A stretch of 48,107 nucleotides of DNA from Bacteroidota bacterium. Its GTDB lineage: Bacteria; Bacteroidota; Bacteroidia; Flavobacteriales; Flavobacteriaceae. Shown here piece by piece: positions 17,127 to 26,269 of this stretch. Both the position numbers and the translations under genes were made by a program. The notes under the pieces were generated by a model, which was given only the letters and a program-made list of their open reading frames with translations, did no database searches and was not told the DNA's origin. Where the stretch lies: assembly GCA_039414375.1 (NCBI GenBank), contig JBCDGY010000001.1, positions 1 to 48,107 of the forward strand, in the 5' to 3' direction. Numbering within the stretch: the stretch's first letter is position 1; the number at the start of each line of letters is the position of its first letter.

Positions 17127-19007
17127 ATGGCTGTACAACCAACCTATCCCGGGGTGTATATCGAGGAAGTACCCAGTGGGGTGCGCACTATTGTAGGCGT
17201 ATCTACCTCCATTGCGGCATTTATCGGTTATTTTAAGCGGGGACCTATGAACCGAGCAGTGCGCATCTCCAATTTTGGAGATTTCGAAAGGGCTTTCGGA
17301 GGATTAGATATCGATAGCGAGGCAAGCTATGCGATTATGCAGTTCTTTTTAAACGGAGGTACACAAGCCTACGTAGTACGGGTAGCCTCTGGCGCGCCCG
17401 CTAGAGCCAGTATAGCTGATCCACCCCTGGGGGTCGAAGCTATAGAAGCAGGTACCTGGGGAAACAATGTACGCTTTGCTATTGATCATAGCACTCCCGT
17501 CGCTAATGAGTTTAATATGACCATTGCGGAATATGATGCGGTTAGCGGCAAACTATTGCGACAAGAAGTGTTTCGCAACCTAGGCATCGATCCCAATAGC
17601 ACCCAACGCAACTTTGTTTGGGACATTATTAATGATGCCAATACCGGTTCAACAATTGTACAAATATCTGGCGCGAGACCTGCAGCAGCCATTACCTTAC
17701 CAACGGCTAACGGCACCACTTCAGATCCTATTGTAGCACCCTTAGCACTACCTGCCAATCCAACAATCGATATTTCATTGAATGGCGGTGCAGCAATCAC
17801 TATAAATTTATTGGACCTTGTTGCGGGAAACAATAGTTTGAATGCTATAGCAGGATCTTTAGAGAATGCGATTCGCGCTGCTAATCCCGCTAATCCCATT
17901 TATGCCAATACAGCTGTTAATGTGGTAGATGATCGACTGCAAGTGGTTCCGGGAGGAACAACAGCAGCCAGTGTTTTTACCTTTAGCAATGGGGTGGTCA
18001 CCGATCTACAGTTCGATGGCGTTACTCCACAACCCTTAGAATATGCACTAGGTTCAGCGACCCCAGGAACCAATGGAACAGTACCTGATGCAACCGCACT
18101 TATAGGTAGCCTAAATAATAAAACAGGACTGTTCGCCTTAGAAGATGTAGACCTTTTTAATATTTTATGTATTCCCAGAACGGGCATACGTACCGGAACC
18201 AATGCCCTGACAGATGCCCAGGCAGACTCCGTTTTGTCTGCTGCTATCGCCTATTGCAATTCCAAAAGGGCATTCCTGATTATGGATACCCCCTTAGGTA
18301 TTGATAGCCTTTCCGAAATTAAAAATTGGATGGATTCCTCTGGTAACAACCTTAGAGATAAAAATGCAGCTATTTATTATCCCAGGGTGAGTGTACCGGA
18401 TCCCCTAGACAATTTTAGATTGCGCTCTGTTGGCGCTTGTGGCACCGTAGCCGGATTATACGCTAGAACAGACGGCACTCGCGGTGTTTGGAAAGCTCCT
18501 GCAGGTACTGAGGCAGCCTTGCGCAATGTTTCGGAACTTACCAACGTATTGAGCGATCGCGAGAATGGTGTACTCAATCCACTAGGAGTCAATTGTTTGG
18601 TAAACAAACCAGTTTATGGAAATATCTGCTGGGGTGCACGCACCCTTGTAGGGGCAGACCAAATGGCTAGTGAATGGAAATATGTTCCTATTCGCCGGTT
18701 AACCCTCTTCTTGGAAGAAAGTCTTTTCCGAGGTTTACACTGGGTAGTCTTTGAACCCAACGACGAGTCGCTTTGGGGACAAATACGACTGAATGTAGGT
18801 GCTTTTATGAACAACCTATTCAAGCAAGGGGCCTTTCAAGGATCTTCCCCTAAAGAGGCGTATTTGGTAAAATGTGATCGTGAAACTACTACTCAAAACG
18901 ATATTAACCTCGGGATTGTAAACATTGTTTTAGGCTTTGCGCCTTTGCGTCCCGCAGAATTTGTAATTATTAAAATCCAACAGCTTGCCGGACAGGTACA
19001 AGCATAA
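17127..19007 (+). CDS. Contractile tail sheath protein (Afp2-4/gp18-like)
   Basis: 'YPGVYIEE', 'FFLNGG', 'ARTD..RGVWKAPAG', 'WGARTL', 'WKYVPIRR', 'WVVFEPN', 'APLRPAEFV'. Confidence 0.97.
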   Translation: MAVQPTYPGVYIEEVPSGVRTIVGVSTSIAAFIGYFKRGPMNRAVRISNFGDFERAFGGLDIDSEASYAIMQFFLNGGTQAYVVRVASGAPARASIADPPLGVEAIEAGTWGNNVRFAIDHSTPVANEFNMTIAEYDAVSGKLLRQEVFRNLGIDPNSTQRNFVWDIINDANTGSTIVQISGARPAAAITLPTANGTTSDPIVAPLALPANPTIDISLNGGAAITINLLDLVAGNNSLNAIAGSLENAIRAANPANPIYANTAVNVVDDRLQVVPGGTTAASVFTFSNGVVTDLQFDGVTPQPLEYALGSATPGTNGTVPDATALIGSLNNKTGLFALEDVDLFNILCIPRTGIRTGTNALTDAQADSVLSAAIAYCNSKRAFLIMDTPLGIDSLSEIKNWMDSSGNNLRDKNAAIYYPRVSVPDPLDNFRLRSVGACGTVAGLYARTDGTRGVWKAPAGTEAALRNVSELTNVLSDRENGVLNPLGVNCLVNKPVYGNICWGARTLVGADQMASEWKYVPIRRLTLFLEESLFRGLHWVVFEPNDESLWGQIRLNVGAFMNNLFKQGAFQGSSPKEAYLVKCDRETTTQNDINLGIVNIVLGFAPLRPAEFVIIKIQQLAGQVQA

Positions 19008-19019
19008 AAAACGAATAGC

Positions 19020-19544
19020 ATGCCAGAGTTTACAGTAGATTTACAACGGTTCGATCCTTATAAGAACTTTAAGTTTCGGGTAAAATGGGACGGGAAATAT
19101 GTCGCAGGCGTCAGTAAAGTGGGCGCCTTAAGCAGAAGTACTGAGGTCGTTGAACATCGCGAAGGTGGCGACCCAAGCACTGTTCGCAAATCGCCCGCAC
19201 AAACCAAATACGAACCTATCTCTTTGGAACGAGGAGTTACCCACGACAAAGAGTTTGAACAGTGGATGAATAAAGTTTGGAACTATGGCTCAGGCCTTGG
19301 TTCCGAAGTCTCGCTCTCCGATTTTAGAAAGGACATTATTATTGAATTGTACAACGAAGCAGGGCAGCTCGCCATCGCTTACAAGGTGTTTCGATGCTGG
19401 CCTTCCGAATTTCAGGCCTTGCCTGAGTTAGATGCTAGCGCTAACGCCGTAGCCATACAATCGTTGACCTTACAAAACGAAGGCTGGGAACGTGACTATG
19501 ATGTTACCGAGCCTACCCCACCTTCCTTTATTGAACCCAACTAA
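19020..19544 (+). CDS. Tail tube protein (T4 gp19-like, Afp1/5)
   Basis: 'DPYKNFKFRV', 'EHREGG', 'YEPISLERGVT', 'RKDIIIELYNEAG', 'NAVAIQSLTL'. Confidence 0.96.
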   Translation: MPEFTVDLQRFDPYKNFKFRVKWDGKYVAGVSKVGALSRSTEVVEHREGGDPSTVRKSPAQTKYEPISLERGVTHDKEFEQWMNKVWNYGSGLGSEVSLSDFRKDIIIELYNEAGQLAIAYKVFRCWPSEFQALPELDASANAVAIQSLTLQNEGWERDYDVTEPTPPSFIEPN

Positions 19545-19547
19545 TCG

Positions 19548-20270
19548 TTGGTGATTAGACCATCCGATAAAGACCTGCTACACACCTGGGAAAAAGGACA
19601 AGGGCAGCCACTACTGTACAGCAATATGCTCCTATTGGGGTTATTGTATCCGGAGGAAGATGGCGATCGTCTTTGGGATCTGCCCATCGGCGAGCGCGAT
19701 TTGGCCCTTTTGCACTTGAGAACCTTACTTTTTGGGGAACAAATGCGCAGTGCTGCACATTGCCCACATTGCGGGGAACATGTAGAATGGGAAGCTAAGA
19801 CTACTGATCTTATGTTTCAAGAATTGGCCACCCTTGGGCAACCGAAACACTTTAGCCTCCCTGTAGGAGCGACCGATACCCGCTTTCGATTACCCACGAG
19901 CAGGGATATTGTGCACATGGCCAATCAAAACCCGGAGCAAAGAGACCTGGCATTTATAGCAACTTGTGCTGTAGACGATATTGATCTCACCCAGCTCTCC
20001 CAGGCTCAAAAAGTGGCTATCAACAAGGAAATGGCTGCATTGAATCCGCAAGCAGATATACAATTGGCCATGGTTTGCCCTGCCTGTGGGCATCAATGGT
20101 CTTTAACATTTGACATCATGACCTATTTGTGGGATGAAGTCAATGAATGGGGAATGAAAATGATACAAGAAGTCGCACTCTTAGCTAAACATTTTTCTTG
20201 GTCAGAAACGGCTATTTTGGAGATGGATCGTTTTCGCCGAGACCGCTATTTGGAAACCCTGTTATCATGA
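19548..20270 (+). CDS. eCIS-associated baseplate/tail-assembly-chaperone-like protein with two CxxC motifs
   Basis: 'LPIGERD', CPHC and CPAC, 'FRLPT', C-terminal 'WSETAILEM...RR.RYL'; follows the tube gene; TTG/GTG start uncertain. Confidence 0.75.
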   Translation: MVIRPSDKDLLHTWEKGQGQPLLYSNMLLLGLLYPEEDGDRLWDLPIGERDLALLHLRTLLFGEQMRSAAHCPHCGEHVEWEAKTTDLMFQELATLGQPKHFSLPVGATDTRFRLPTSRDIVHMANQNPEQRDLAFIATCAVDDIDLTQLSQAQKVAINKEMAALNPQADIQLAMVCPACGHQWSLTFDIMTYLWDEVNEWGMKMIQEVALLAKHFSWSETAILEMDRFRRDRYLETLLS

Positions 20271-21040
20271 GCAACTTTTTAAGCAATATACTATCTCGGC
20301 ATTTAGGAGAATCCCAAAATGTGCAGCCTCGTAAGCGTTCTCTTTATGAAAATCCATTTCAAAAGGTTCCATTAGAACCTCCACAAACTGCGCAAGTGCC
20401 AGTTCCAAATATACCAAACCCCCAAGAGCATACCCTAGCTAACAAAAAGGAATCCTTAGACAATAACACCAAGCACTTCAATACCAGCTCAGCTCCTGCT
20501 GCTTTACCACTTGTTACTCCTGCCGGACATGTGCCGGAAAGTACTGCTCCTTCTTTATCTCCAATTAAAGATCAAAAGGACCAAATAAAAGAGGGGGAGG
20601 TAAAAGGGCCGACTGCCATACCAAAAATACCTCCAACCATCCTCCAGCCTTCTGATGCCATCAAAGGCAATCCAGCTAGAATTTTAGAGGAACCCAGAAC
20701 CAGCTCTTTAGAACAACCTATGACAAACCCGGTAACATCAACAAAAATCAAAGACAACACTATTATTGGCCAAGGTTCTATACCAGACCAACTACCGTTG
20801 GCACAAACACCTTCTGATACGAGGCGTGGCAATAACAATCCAACCCCTTCCAATAATGCTTATGGTCGACGGGAAGAAATGACTTTGGACAAGCCTTCGC
20901 AAACCATAAAAATTACCATTGGTAAAATCGAAGTAGGCGCATCTAGTCCTCAAAAGAAAAAGGCGCCAGAACGGTCTAAGAAACCTAAAAATGAGCCCAA
21001 ACTGTCCTTAGCGCAGTTTTTGAATAACGGTACACCCTAA
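20267..21040 (+). CDS. Pro/Thr-rich, largely disordered eCIS protein (257 aa)
   Basis: ATG at 20267 overlaps the previous stop (ATGA), preferred to the track start 20198; C-terminal 'IKITIGKIEV...KLSLAQFL' motif as recalled from eCIS loci. Confidence 0.75.
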   Translation: MSNFLSNILSRHLGESQNVQPRKRSLYENPFQKVPLEPPQTAQVPVPNIPNPQEHTLANKKESLDNNTKHFNTSSAPAALPLVTPAGHVPESTAPSLSPIKDQKDQIKEGEVKGPTAIPKIPPTILQPSDAIKGNPARILEEPRTSSLEQPMTNPVTSTKIKDNTIIGQGSIPDQLPLAQTPSDTRRGNNNPTPSNNAYGRREEMTLDKPSQTIKITIGKIEVGASSPQKKKAPERSKKPKNEPKLSLAQFLNNGTP

Positions 21041-21045
21041 AAGTC

Positions 21046-22392
21046 ATGTCCGCACTACGCATTGCAGCTGTTACACATGTTTTAAAAGATCTTCTCAACG
21101 ATGGGTTGATCAACCAGAACATAGCGGCCATTTTAGATACCACGGTTACTGTATCTTCCGTTTGCCCCGCACAAGTTGATACCGGAGGTGATGTACAGAC
21201 GCAGCTCAACCTCTTTTTATATCGAACTAGTGTGAACACGGCATGGAGTAACCTTGCCCATCCCTATCGAAATACCCAAGGAGAACGTACTAAAAGTCCA
21301 CCACTGGCGGTCAATCTCCACTACTTGCTTACCGCTTTTGGTCGAAATGAGCTGGACGGAGAGATTCTTTTAGGCTATGCCATGCAGTTGTTCCACGAAA
21401 ACGCCGGATTAGGGAGAGACCTTATTAATAATTCTTTGGTAATCGCGCAAGGGAATGCTTCCTTACCACCAAGTTTGCGACAAGTAGCCAGCTCAGGTTT
21501 AGCAGATCAAATAGAACAAGTGAAAATAAGTCACGATCCCATTAATATGGAAGAAATGACTCGCCTTTGGACCGCTTTCCAAATTCGATACCGCCCTTGT
21601 GCAGCTTACACAGCTACCGTAGTGCTTTTAGAGCGCGAACGCCGAAATAGACCTTCCCTTCCTGTTCAAAAAAGACAAGTATTTGCGGTGCCGTTTCAAC
21701 GACCACTTATTGAGCAAATCGTTTCGCAAGCGGGTAATAATCCGGCCAATCCTATTGTGGAGATGCGAAGGATAGTTATTGGCGATCGTATCATTATTAA
21801 AGGACAACAGCTTAGAAAAGAATCGGTTTATATTCAATTGAACCAAACTAGCATCCCTTTAGACCCTAACGATGCTGATACTAATATTACGCCAACGGAG
21901 ATCAGCTTTGTTTTAGACATTCCGCCTGGGCAAACGCTAAAGGCCGGAGTGCAGGGGCTACAAGTAATACAACCGATGACCTTAACGCAGCCCCCCGAAA
22001 TAACCGAAGGTATGGGCGGTATTGTCGTTACCCCACAACCTTCTATACAACGCGGAGAAAACAGTTCTAACCTACAGTCTTTTGTACTAAGTCCCTCGAT
22101 AACTATTGATAGTTTTGTGGGCTTACAATTAGAACTGGGTGTCTCTCCTGATATAGAGACAGGGCAGCGGACTGTTCTTTTATTGAACGAGATTAATGCA
22201 CTAGGTACACCACAATCTTATTCATTCGTAGTATCCACGACTGGGGCTTTGCCATTAGGAACAATATCGGTATCGCTTTCCCAAGTTACTTCGGGAGATT
22301 ATTTGGTACGCTTGGTAGTAGATGGGGCTGAAAGCCCATTAACCACTGTACCAGACGGTACTTTTAATGGCCCCTTAATTACAATTCCCTAA
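21046..22392 (+). CDS. Pvc16/Afp16-like (DUF4255) cap/tail terminator protein with C-terminal Ig-like extension
   Basis: 'IAAVTHVLKDLL', 'LNLFLYR...N.AWSN', 'PPLAVNLHYLLTAFG', 'ILLGYAMQLFHE', 'YRPCAAY'. Confidence 0.9.
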   Translation: MSALRIAAVTHVLKDLLNDGLINQNIAAILDTTVTVSSVCPAQVDTGGDVQTQLNLFLYRTSVNTAWSNLAHPYRNTQGERTKSPPLAVNLHYLLTAFGRNELDGEILLGYAMQLFHENAGLGRDLINNSLVIAQGNASLPPSLRQVASSGLADQIEQVKISHDPINMEEMTRLWTAFQIRYRPCAAYTATVVLLERERRNRPSLPVQKRQVFAVPFQRPLIEQIVSQAGNNPANPIVEMRRIVIGDRIIIKGQQLRKESVYIQLNQTSIPLDPNDADTNITPTEISFVLDIPPGQTLKAGVQGLQVIQPMTLTQPPEITEGMGGIVVTPQPSIQRGENSSNLQSFVLSPSITIDSFVGLQLELGVSPDIETGQRTVLLLNEINALGTPQSYSFVVSTTGALPLGTISVSLSQVTSGDYLVRLVVDGAESPLTTVPDGTFNGPLITIP

Positions 22393-22403
22393 CCAACTTC
22401 TTT

Positions 22404-24395
22404 ATGGATCAACAAAGCTGGTTACAATACAATCAAGATCATCTTAAAGTACATATTCGGGTGCTTAAGGCGACATTTGCCCTAGCATTAAGTCAAAAAA
22501 CAAAAAGCGATAACCCATCAATAAAGCAAGAGTTAAGCGATGCCAAAGAAGCCCTATCACTATGGCAAGTTGCGCAAACCATACCCACCAATCTGGAGGT
22601 AATTTGCAAGAACTTAGGGCTTACCTCTTTTGAAGAAAAAGTACTGTTGACCTGCGCGGGTATTGAAATGGACAGTAATTTATGTAAGCTACTACAAGAA
22701 CTTCAAGCGCCTTCTGGTGCTATCAACCCCACCTTGACTTTGCTGATGTCTGTTTTTGAAGAAGCCCACTGGTCCGCCATTACCCATGATGGTCCTTTGT
22801 GCCATTGGGCGTTGATTAACCTTCGTACTTCCAGCATTTATACACATTCTAGTGTGTCTATAGATCCGAATATATTGCACTTTTTGTTTGGATGGAACCT
22901 TTCAGAGACCGATGGTCGCATTCGCGCTTTTACCACCTATAGCAATGTAGTACCCTTGGAGGTTAAAAGCCATCGAGCCATAGCCCAACAAGTGGTGCAG
23001 GCCCTTCAAGGCAGTAACATAGCGCCCAACCCTTTTATAGAGCTCTCCGGAACTAATGCTAAAGATAAGGTAGCCATAGCTACACAGGTAGCACAAGAAT
23101 TAGGGCATCAATTGCTAGAGCTTAATGGCCAGTTGCTACCGATAGATCCTAAAGAATTGGATTTGGCACAGCGACTTCTCAATCGCTTTACCTTTCTTTC
23201 GGCAACCATATGGCTGATTGATTTGGAAGCATGGCCAACATTCGACACCCATCGCAAGGCTGTGTTGAATCATTTCTTTTTAAAACTGCATGGCACGGTA
23301 TTACTCTGTAGCCAAAGTCCTATCCAAGACTTGGACCGGAACACCTTTCCTTTCCAGGTACAACGCCCCTCAAGGGAAGAACAACAATCGCTGTGGAAAT
23401 CGCAGTTAAACCTCAACGGCCAATCCACGGCATCCCTTCAAGAAATTACCTATCAATTTAGTTTTGAAGCATTAACCCTACAAGCATTAGCCCAACAAGC
23501 TCAGCTTAAAATGCCCTTAGCTGCAACGCATTCAAAACCAATCTTCGGTCCGATATACGAGGTATGTCACCAATTCACCCGTTCGAATATGAGTGACTTG
23601 GCCCAACATATCGAAGCCTTAGCGACCTGGGATGATCTGGTATTGCCAGAGGCTCAAAAATCGACCCTTCATGATATCTGCACGCAAGTAAGGGCAAGAC
23701 AAAAGGTATACTACCAATGGGGTTTTGCACACAAGAGCCATCGTGGTTTAGGAATTAGTGCCCTTTTTGCGGGAGAAAGTGGCACCGGAAAAACAATGGC
23801 TGCCGAAGTATTGGCTAATGATTTGGGATTGGACTTGTATAAAATTGATCTCAGTCAGGTAATCAATAAATACATTGGGGAGACCGAGAAAAATTTGAAG
23901 AAAATCTTTGATGCTGCGGAGTCTTGTGGAGCAATTTTATTATTTGATGAAGCCGATGCCCTGTTTGGTAAACGAAGTGAAGTAAAAGAAAGTCAAGACC
24001 GTCATGCCAACATTGAAGTTAGCTATTTGTTGCAGCGTATGGAAGCTTATCGCGGTTTGGCTATTCTCACCACTAATATGAGAAATGCTTTGGACAAAGC
24101 CTTTTTACGACGTATTCGTTTTGTGATCAATTTTCCTTTCCCTGGAAGTGATCTACGTGCTGCTATTTGGAAACGCGCCTTTCCCGAAAGCACTCCTTTA
24201 GACCAATTGGATGTACATCGTTTGGCAAAACTGAATGTAGCCGGAGGAAATATTAAAAACATTGCCCTTAATGCAGCCTTTATGGCGGCCGATCAAGATA
24301 AGCCTGTAAATATGCAACACTTGCAGAAAGCTGCCCAAAATGAATACACCAAATTGGAAAAAACCATGGGACTTGCTGAACGTTTAATTCCATGA
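22404..24395 (+). CDS. AAA+ ATPase (Afp15/Pvc15-like)
   Basis: 'WDDLVLP', Walker A GESGTGKT, 'KYIGETEKNL', Walker B 'LLFDEADALFGKR', 'DRHANIEVSYLLQRME', 'AFLRR'. Confidence 0.96.
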   Translation: MDQQSWLQYNQDHLKVHIRVLKATFALALSQKTKSDNPSIKQELSDAKEALSLWQVAQTIPTNLEVICKNLGLTSFEEKVLLTCAGIEMDSNLCKLLQELQAPSGAINPTLTLLMSVFEEAHWSAITHDGPLCHWALINLRTSSIYTHSSVSIDPNILHFLFGWNLSETDGRIRAFTTYSNVVPLEVKSHRAIAQQVVQALQGSNIAPNPFIELSGTNAKDKVAIATQVAQELGHQLLELNGQLLPIDPKELDLAQRLLNRFTFLSATIWLIDLEAWPTFDTHRKAVLNHFFLKLHGTVLLCSQSPIQDLDRNTFPFQVQRPSREEQQSLWKSQLNLNGQSTASLQEITYQFSFEALTLQALAQQAQLKMPLAATHSKPIFGPIYEVCHQFTRSNMSDLAQHIEALATWDDLVLPEAQKSTLHDICTQVRARQKVYYQWGFAHKSHRGLGISALFAGESGTGKTMAAEVLANDLGLDLYKIDLSQVINKYIGETEKNLKKIFDAAESCGAILLFDEADALFGKRSEVKESQDRHANIEVSYLLQRMEAYRGLAILTTNMRNALDKAFLRRIRFVINFPFPGSDLRAAIWKRAFPESTPLDQLDVHRLAKLNVAGGNIKNIALNAAFMAADQDKPVNMQHLQKAAQNEYTKLEKTMGLAERLIP

Positions 24396-24646
24396 CAACC
24401 CATATCAACATACATATTGACAAACTTGTTCTTAAAGGACATGATGCTCAAACAGGTCGGGCTATCGGGGCAGCATTAGAGGTGCACCTAAGAACTCTCA
24501 TTAAGGACCATGGATTACCAAAGTCTTTACCACACCAAAAGCCTATTGAAACGCTACAGGCCGGTACTTTAAGGCATCAGGTGACCAATGCGGATGCCAT
24601 TGGTCAAAATATAGCGAGGAATATTTACAACAGTTTAGGGCAATGA
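24392..24646 (+). CDS. Small conserved eCIS hypothetical protein (84 aa)
   Basis: ATGA overlaps on both sides; 'INIHIDKLVLKG...IGQNIARNIY' pattern typical of eCIS small ORFs. Confidence 0.75.
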   Translation: MTTHINIHIDKLVLKGHDAQTGRAIGAALEVHLRTLIKDHGLPKSLPHQKPIETLQAGTLRHQVTNADAIGQNIARNIYNSLGQ

Positions 24647-26181
24647 GAGGATATCTTGAGGCACAACACCATCATGCTGCGCTATTGCCTATAAAAAGCA
24701 CGGCCAACGAAAAAGATGTGGATATGCCTACTCAGGCGACCCATGTCCCTGATTTTGGTGGTAGTCGTACCCATTATGCGGCCTTAGCCGCAATGCCTGT
24801 AATACAGCCAAAGCTCCGAGTGAATCCTCCCAATGATCGCTATGAAAAGGAGGCGGATGCCGTTGCCCAACAAGTGGTGAATACCGGAGGTACCGAAAAA
24901 ATCCAATCGCTACCATCAATAAGCCGCGTGAGGCCTCAGGCCCAACGCAAGTGCCACCGTTGTGAAGAAGAGGACCAGGTTTTACAGCGCAAAGGGGAAG
25001 GGGGATATACCGCAAACAAATCCGTTAGCAATGGTATACAACAAGCTTTGGGTGGTGGAGAAGTCATGGACACTCATACGTCGACCACAATGTCATCAAG
25101 ATTTGGAACGTCTTTTGATCATGTAAGGGTACACACGGGTGCCAAAGCAGCACAAATGAGCGAAGCCGTAAATGCCAAAGCGTTTACTGTAGGTAACGAT
25201 ATCTTCTTTAATAGTGGAACTTATCAACCGCACACTAGAGAAGGACAGCGATTATTAGCGCATGAACTTACCCATGTTATCCAACAGAGTGGCCGACCAA
25301 AAACCTTACAAAGGCAACCACTAGAAGAGGATCAGGAAGCCAAAGACGGTGACTACCCTCAAAATGTGCCAGCCGAAGCTACGAGGGAAGCTTTAATGGA
25401 AGAGCAAGAGGAGCCTATATTACTGGCACAAGCAGACCCTAAAGACAAATCCAAGAAAACCTCAAAGAAGACTTCCAAAAAGAAAAAGAAGAAAACAAAA
25501 CGTACCATTACTAGTATTAAAGTAGACCTCACCGAACAAACCACTACAGTGACTTTTAGCGATGGTACTGCTCAGGTGATGCAGTCTTCTACCGGTAAGG
25601 GGCTCACCAAAAATTTCCAAAAAGAGAATCCCGCTACTGATCGCTGCAAAAAACCAGGTAAAGCAGATTCGAACTGTACGCCCACTGGATCTTTTTCCAT
25701 AGCGAAAAATAAAAATGGTTCCCTCAAAAAAGGAGGCAAAAGTTATAAAAATGGAAAAGGGGATGCCATGGCTTACTATGTGGAGATTTCTGGGACAGGC
25801 GCCTCTGGTAGAGGTATAGGATTTCACAACTCACAAATTGTCAACGGACGGCCGATGTCCCATGGCTGCATACGGGTGAGCTTAGCAGATGCCAAAACCA
25901 TTAATAAAGGTGTAACTTCTAAAACCAAGGTTACCATTTCCGGTAAGGCCAATATCCCAGCAGATGCCGCTGCTAAACGAAAAGCAGCTAAAGCCAAGAA
26001 AAAGAAGAAAAAAAGTACAAAAAAATCAACCCCCACAGGAAAGACGCACACCATTAAAACTGGAGAATCCTTAGGGTTGATCGCAGAAAAATATGGGGTT
26101 TCCCAAAAAGACCTACAAGAACTCAACAAGATTAAAAACCCGGACAAGATCAAAGCCGGAGATATCCTTAAAATTCCTTAA
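24643..26181 (+). CDS. DUF4157 (eCIS core domain) protein with L,D-transpeptidase (YkuD) and LysM domains
   Basis: 'QPKLRVNPPNDRYEKEAD', 'FDHVRVHT...AKAFTVG.DIFF...LLAHELTHVIQQ'; YkuD 'TPTGSF...IGFH..(x)..SHGCIRV'; LysM 'HTIKTGESLGLIAEKYGVS..DL.ELNKIKNPDKIKAG..LKIP'. Confidence 0.9.
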   Translation: MRGYLEAQHHHAALLPIKSTANEKDVDMPTQATHVPDFGGSRTHYAALAAMPVIQPKLRVNPPNDRYEKEADAVAQQVVNTGGTEKIQSLPSISRVRPQAQRKCHRCEEEDQVLQRKGEGGYTANKSVSNGIQQALGGGEVMDTHTSTTMSSRFGTSFDHVRVHTGAKAAQMSEAVNAKAFTVGNDIFFNSGTYQPHTREGQRLLAHELTHVIQQSGRPKTLQRQPLEEDQEAKDGDYPQNVPAEATREALMEEQEEPILLAQADPKDKSKKTSKKTSKKKKKKTKRTITSIKVDLTEQTTTVTFSDGTAQVMQSSTGKGLTKNFQKENPATDRCKKPGKADSNCTPTGSFSIAKNKNGSLKKGGKSYKNGKGDAMAYYVEISGTGASGRGIGFHNSQIVNGRPMSHGCIRVSLADAKTINKGVTSKTKVTISGKANIPADAAAKRKAAKAKKKKKKSTKKSTPTGKTHTIKTGESLGLIAEKYGVSQKDLQELNKIKNPDKIKAGDILKIP

Positions 26182-26269
26182 GCTTCTAAGTACGACTCTT
26201 TTAAGTATAAGGTTAGAACACCATTGCATTAGAAAAATAGATCGGGAGTAATTTAATATTCCCCTATCG

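Noticed and set aside
20198-20266. Track start of the 280-aa ORF
   Set aside because: Would overlap the upstream gene by about 70 nt; ATG at 20267 gives a normal ATGA coupling
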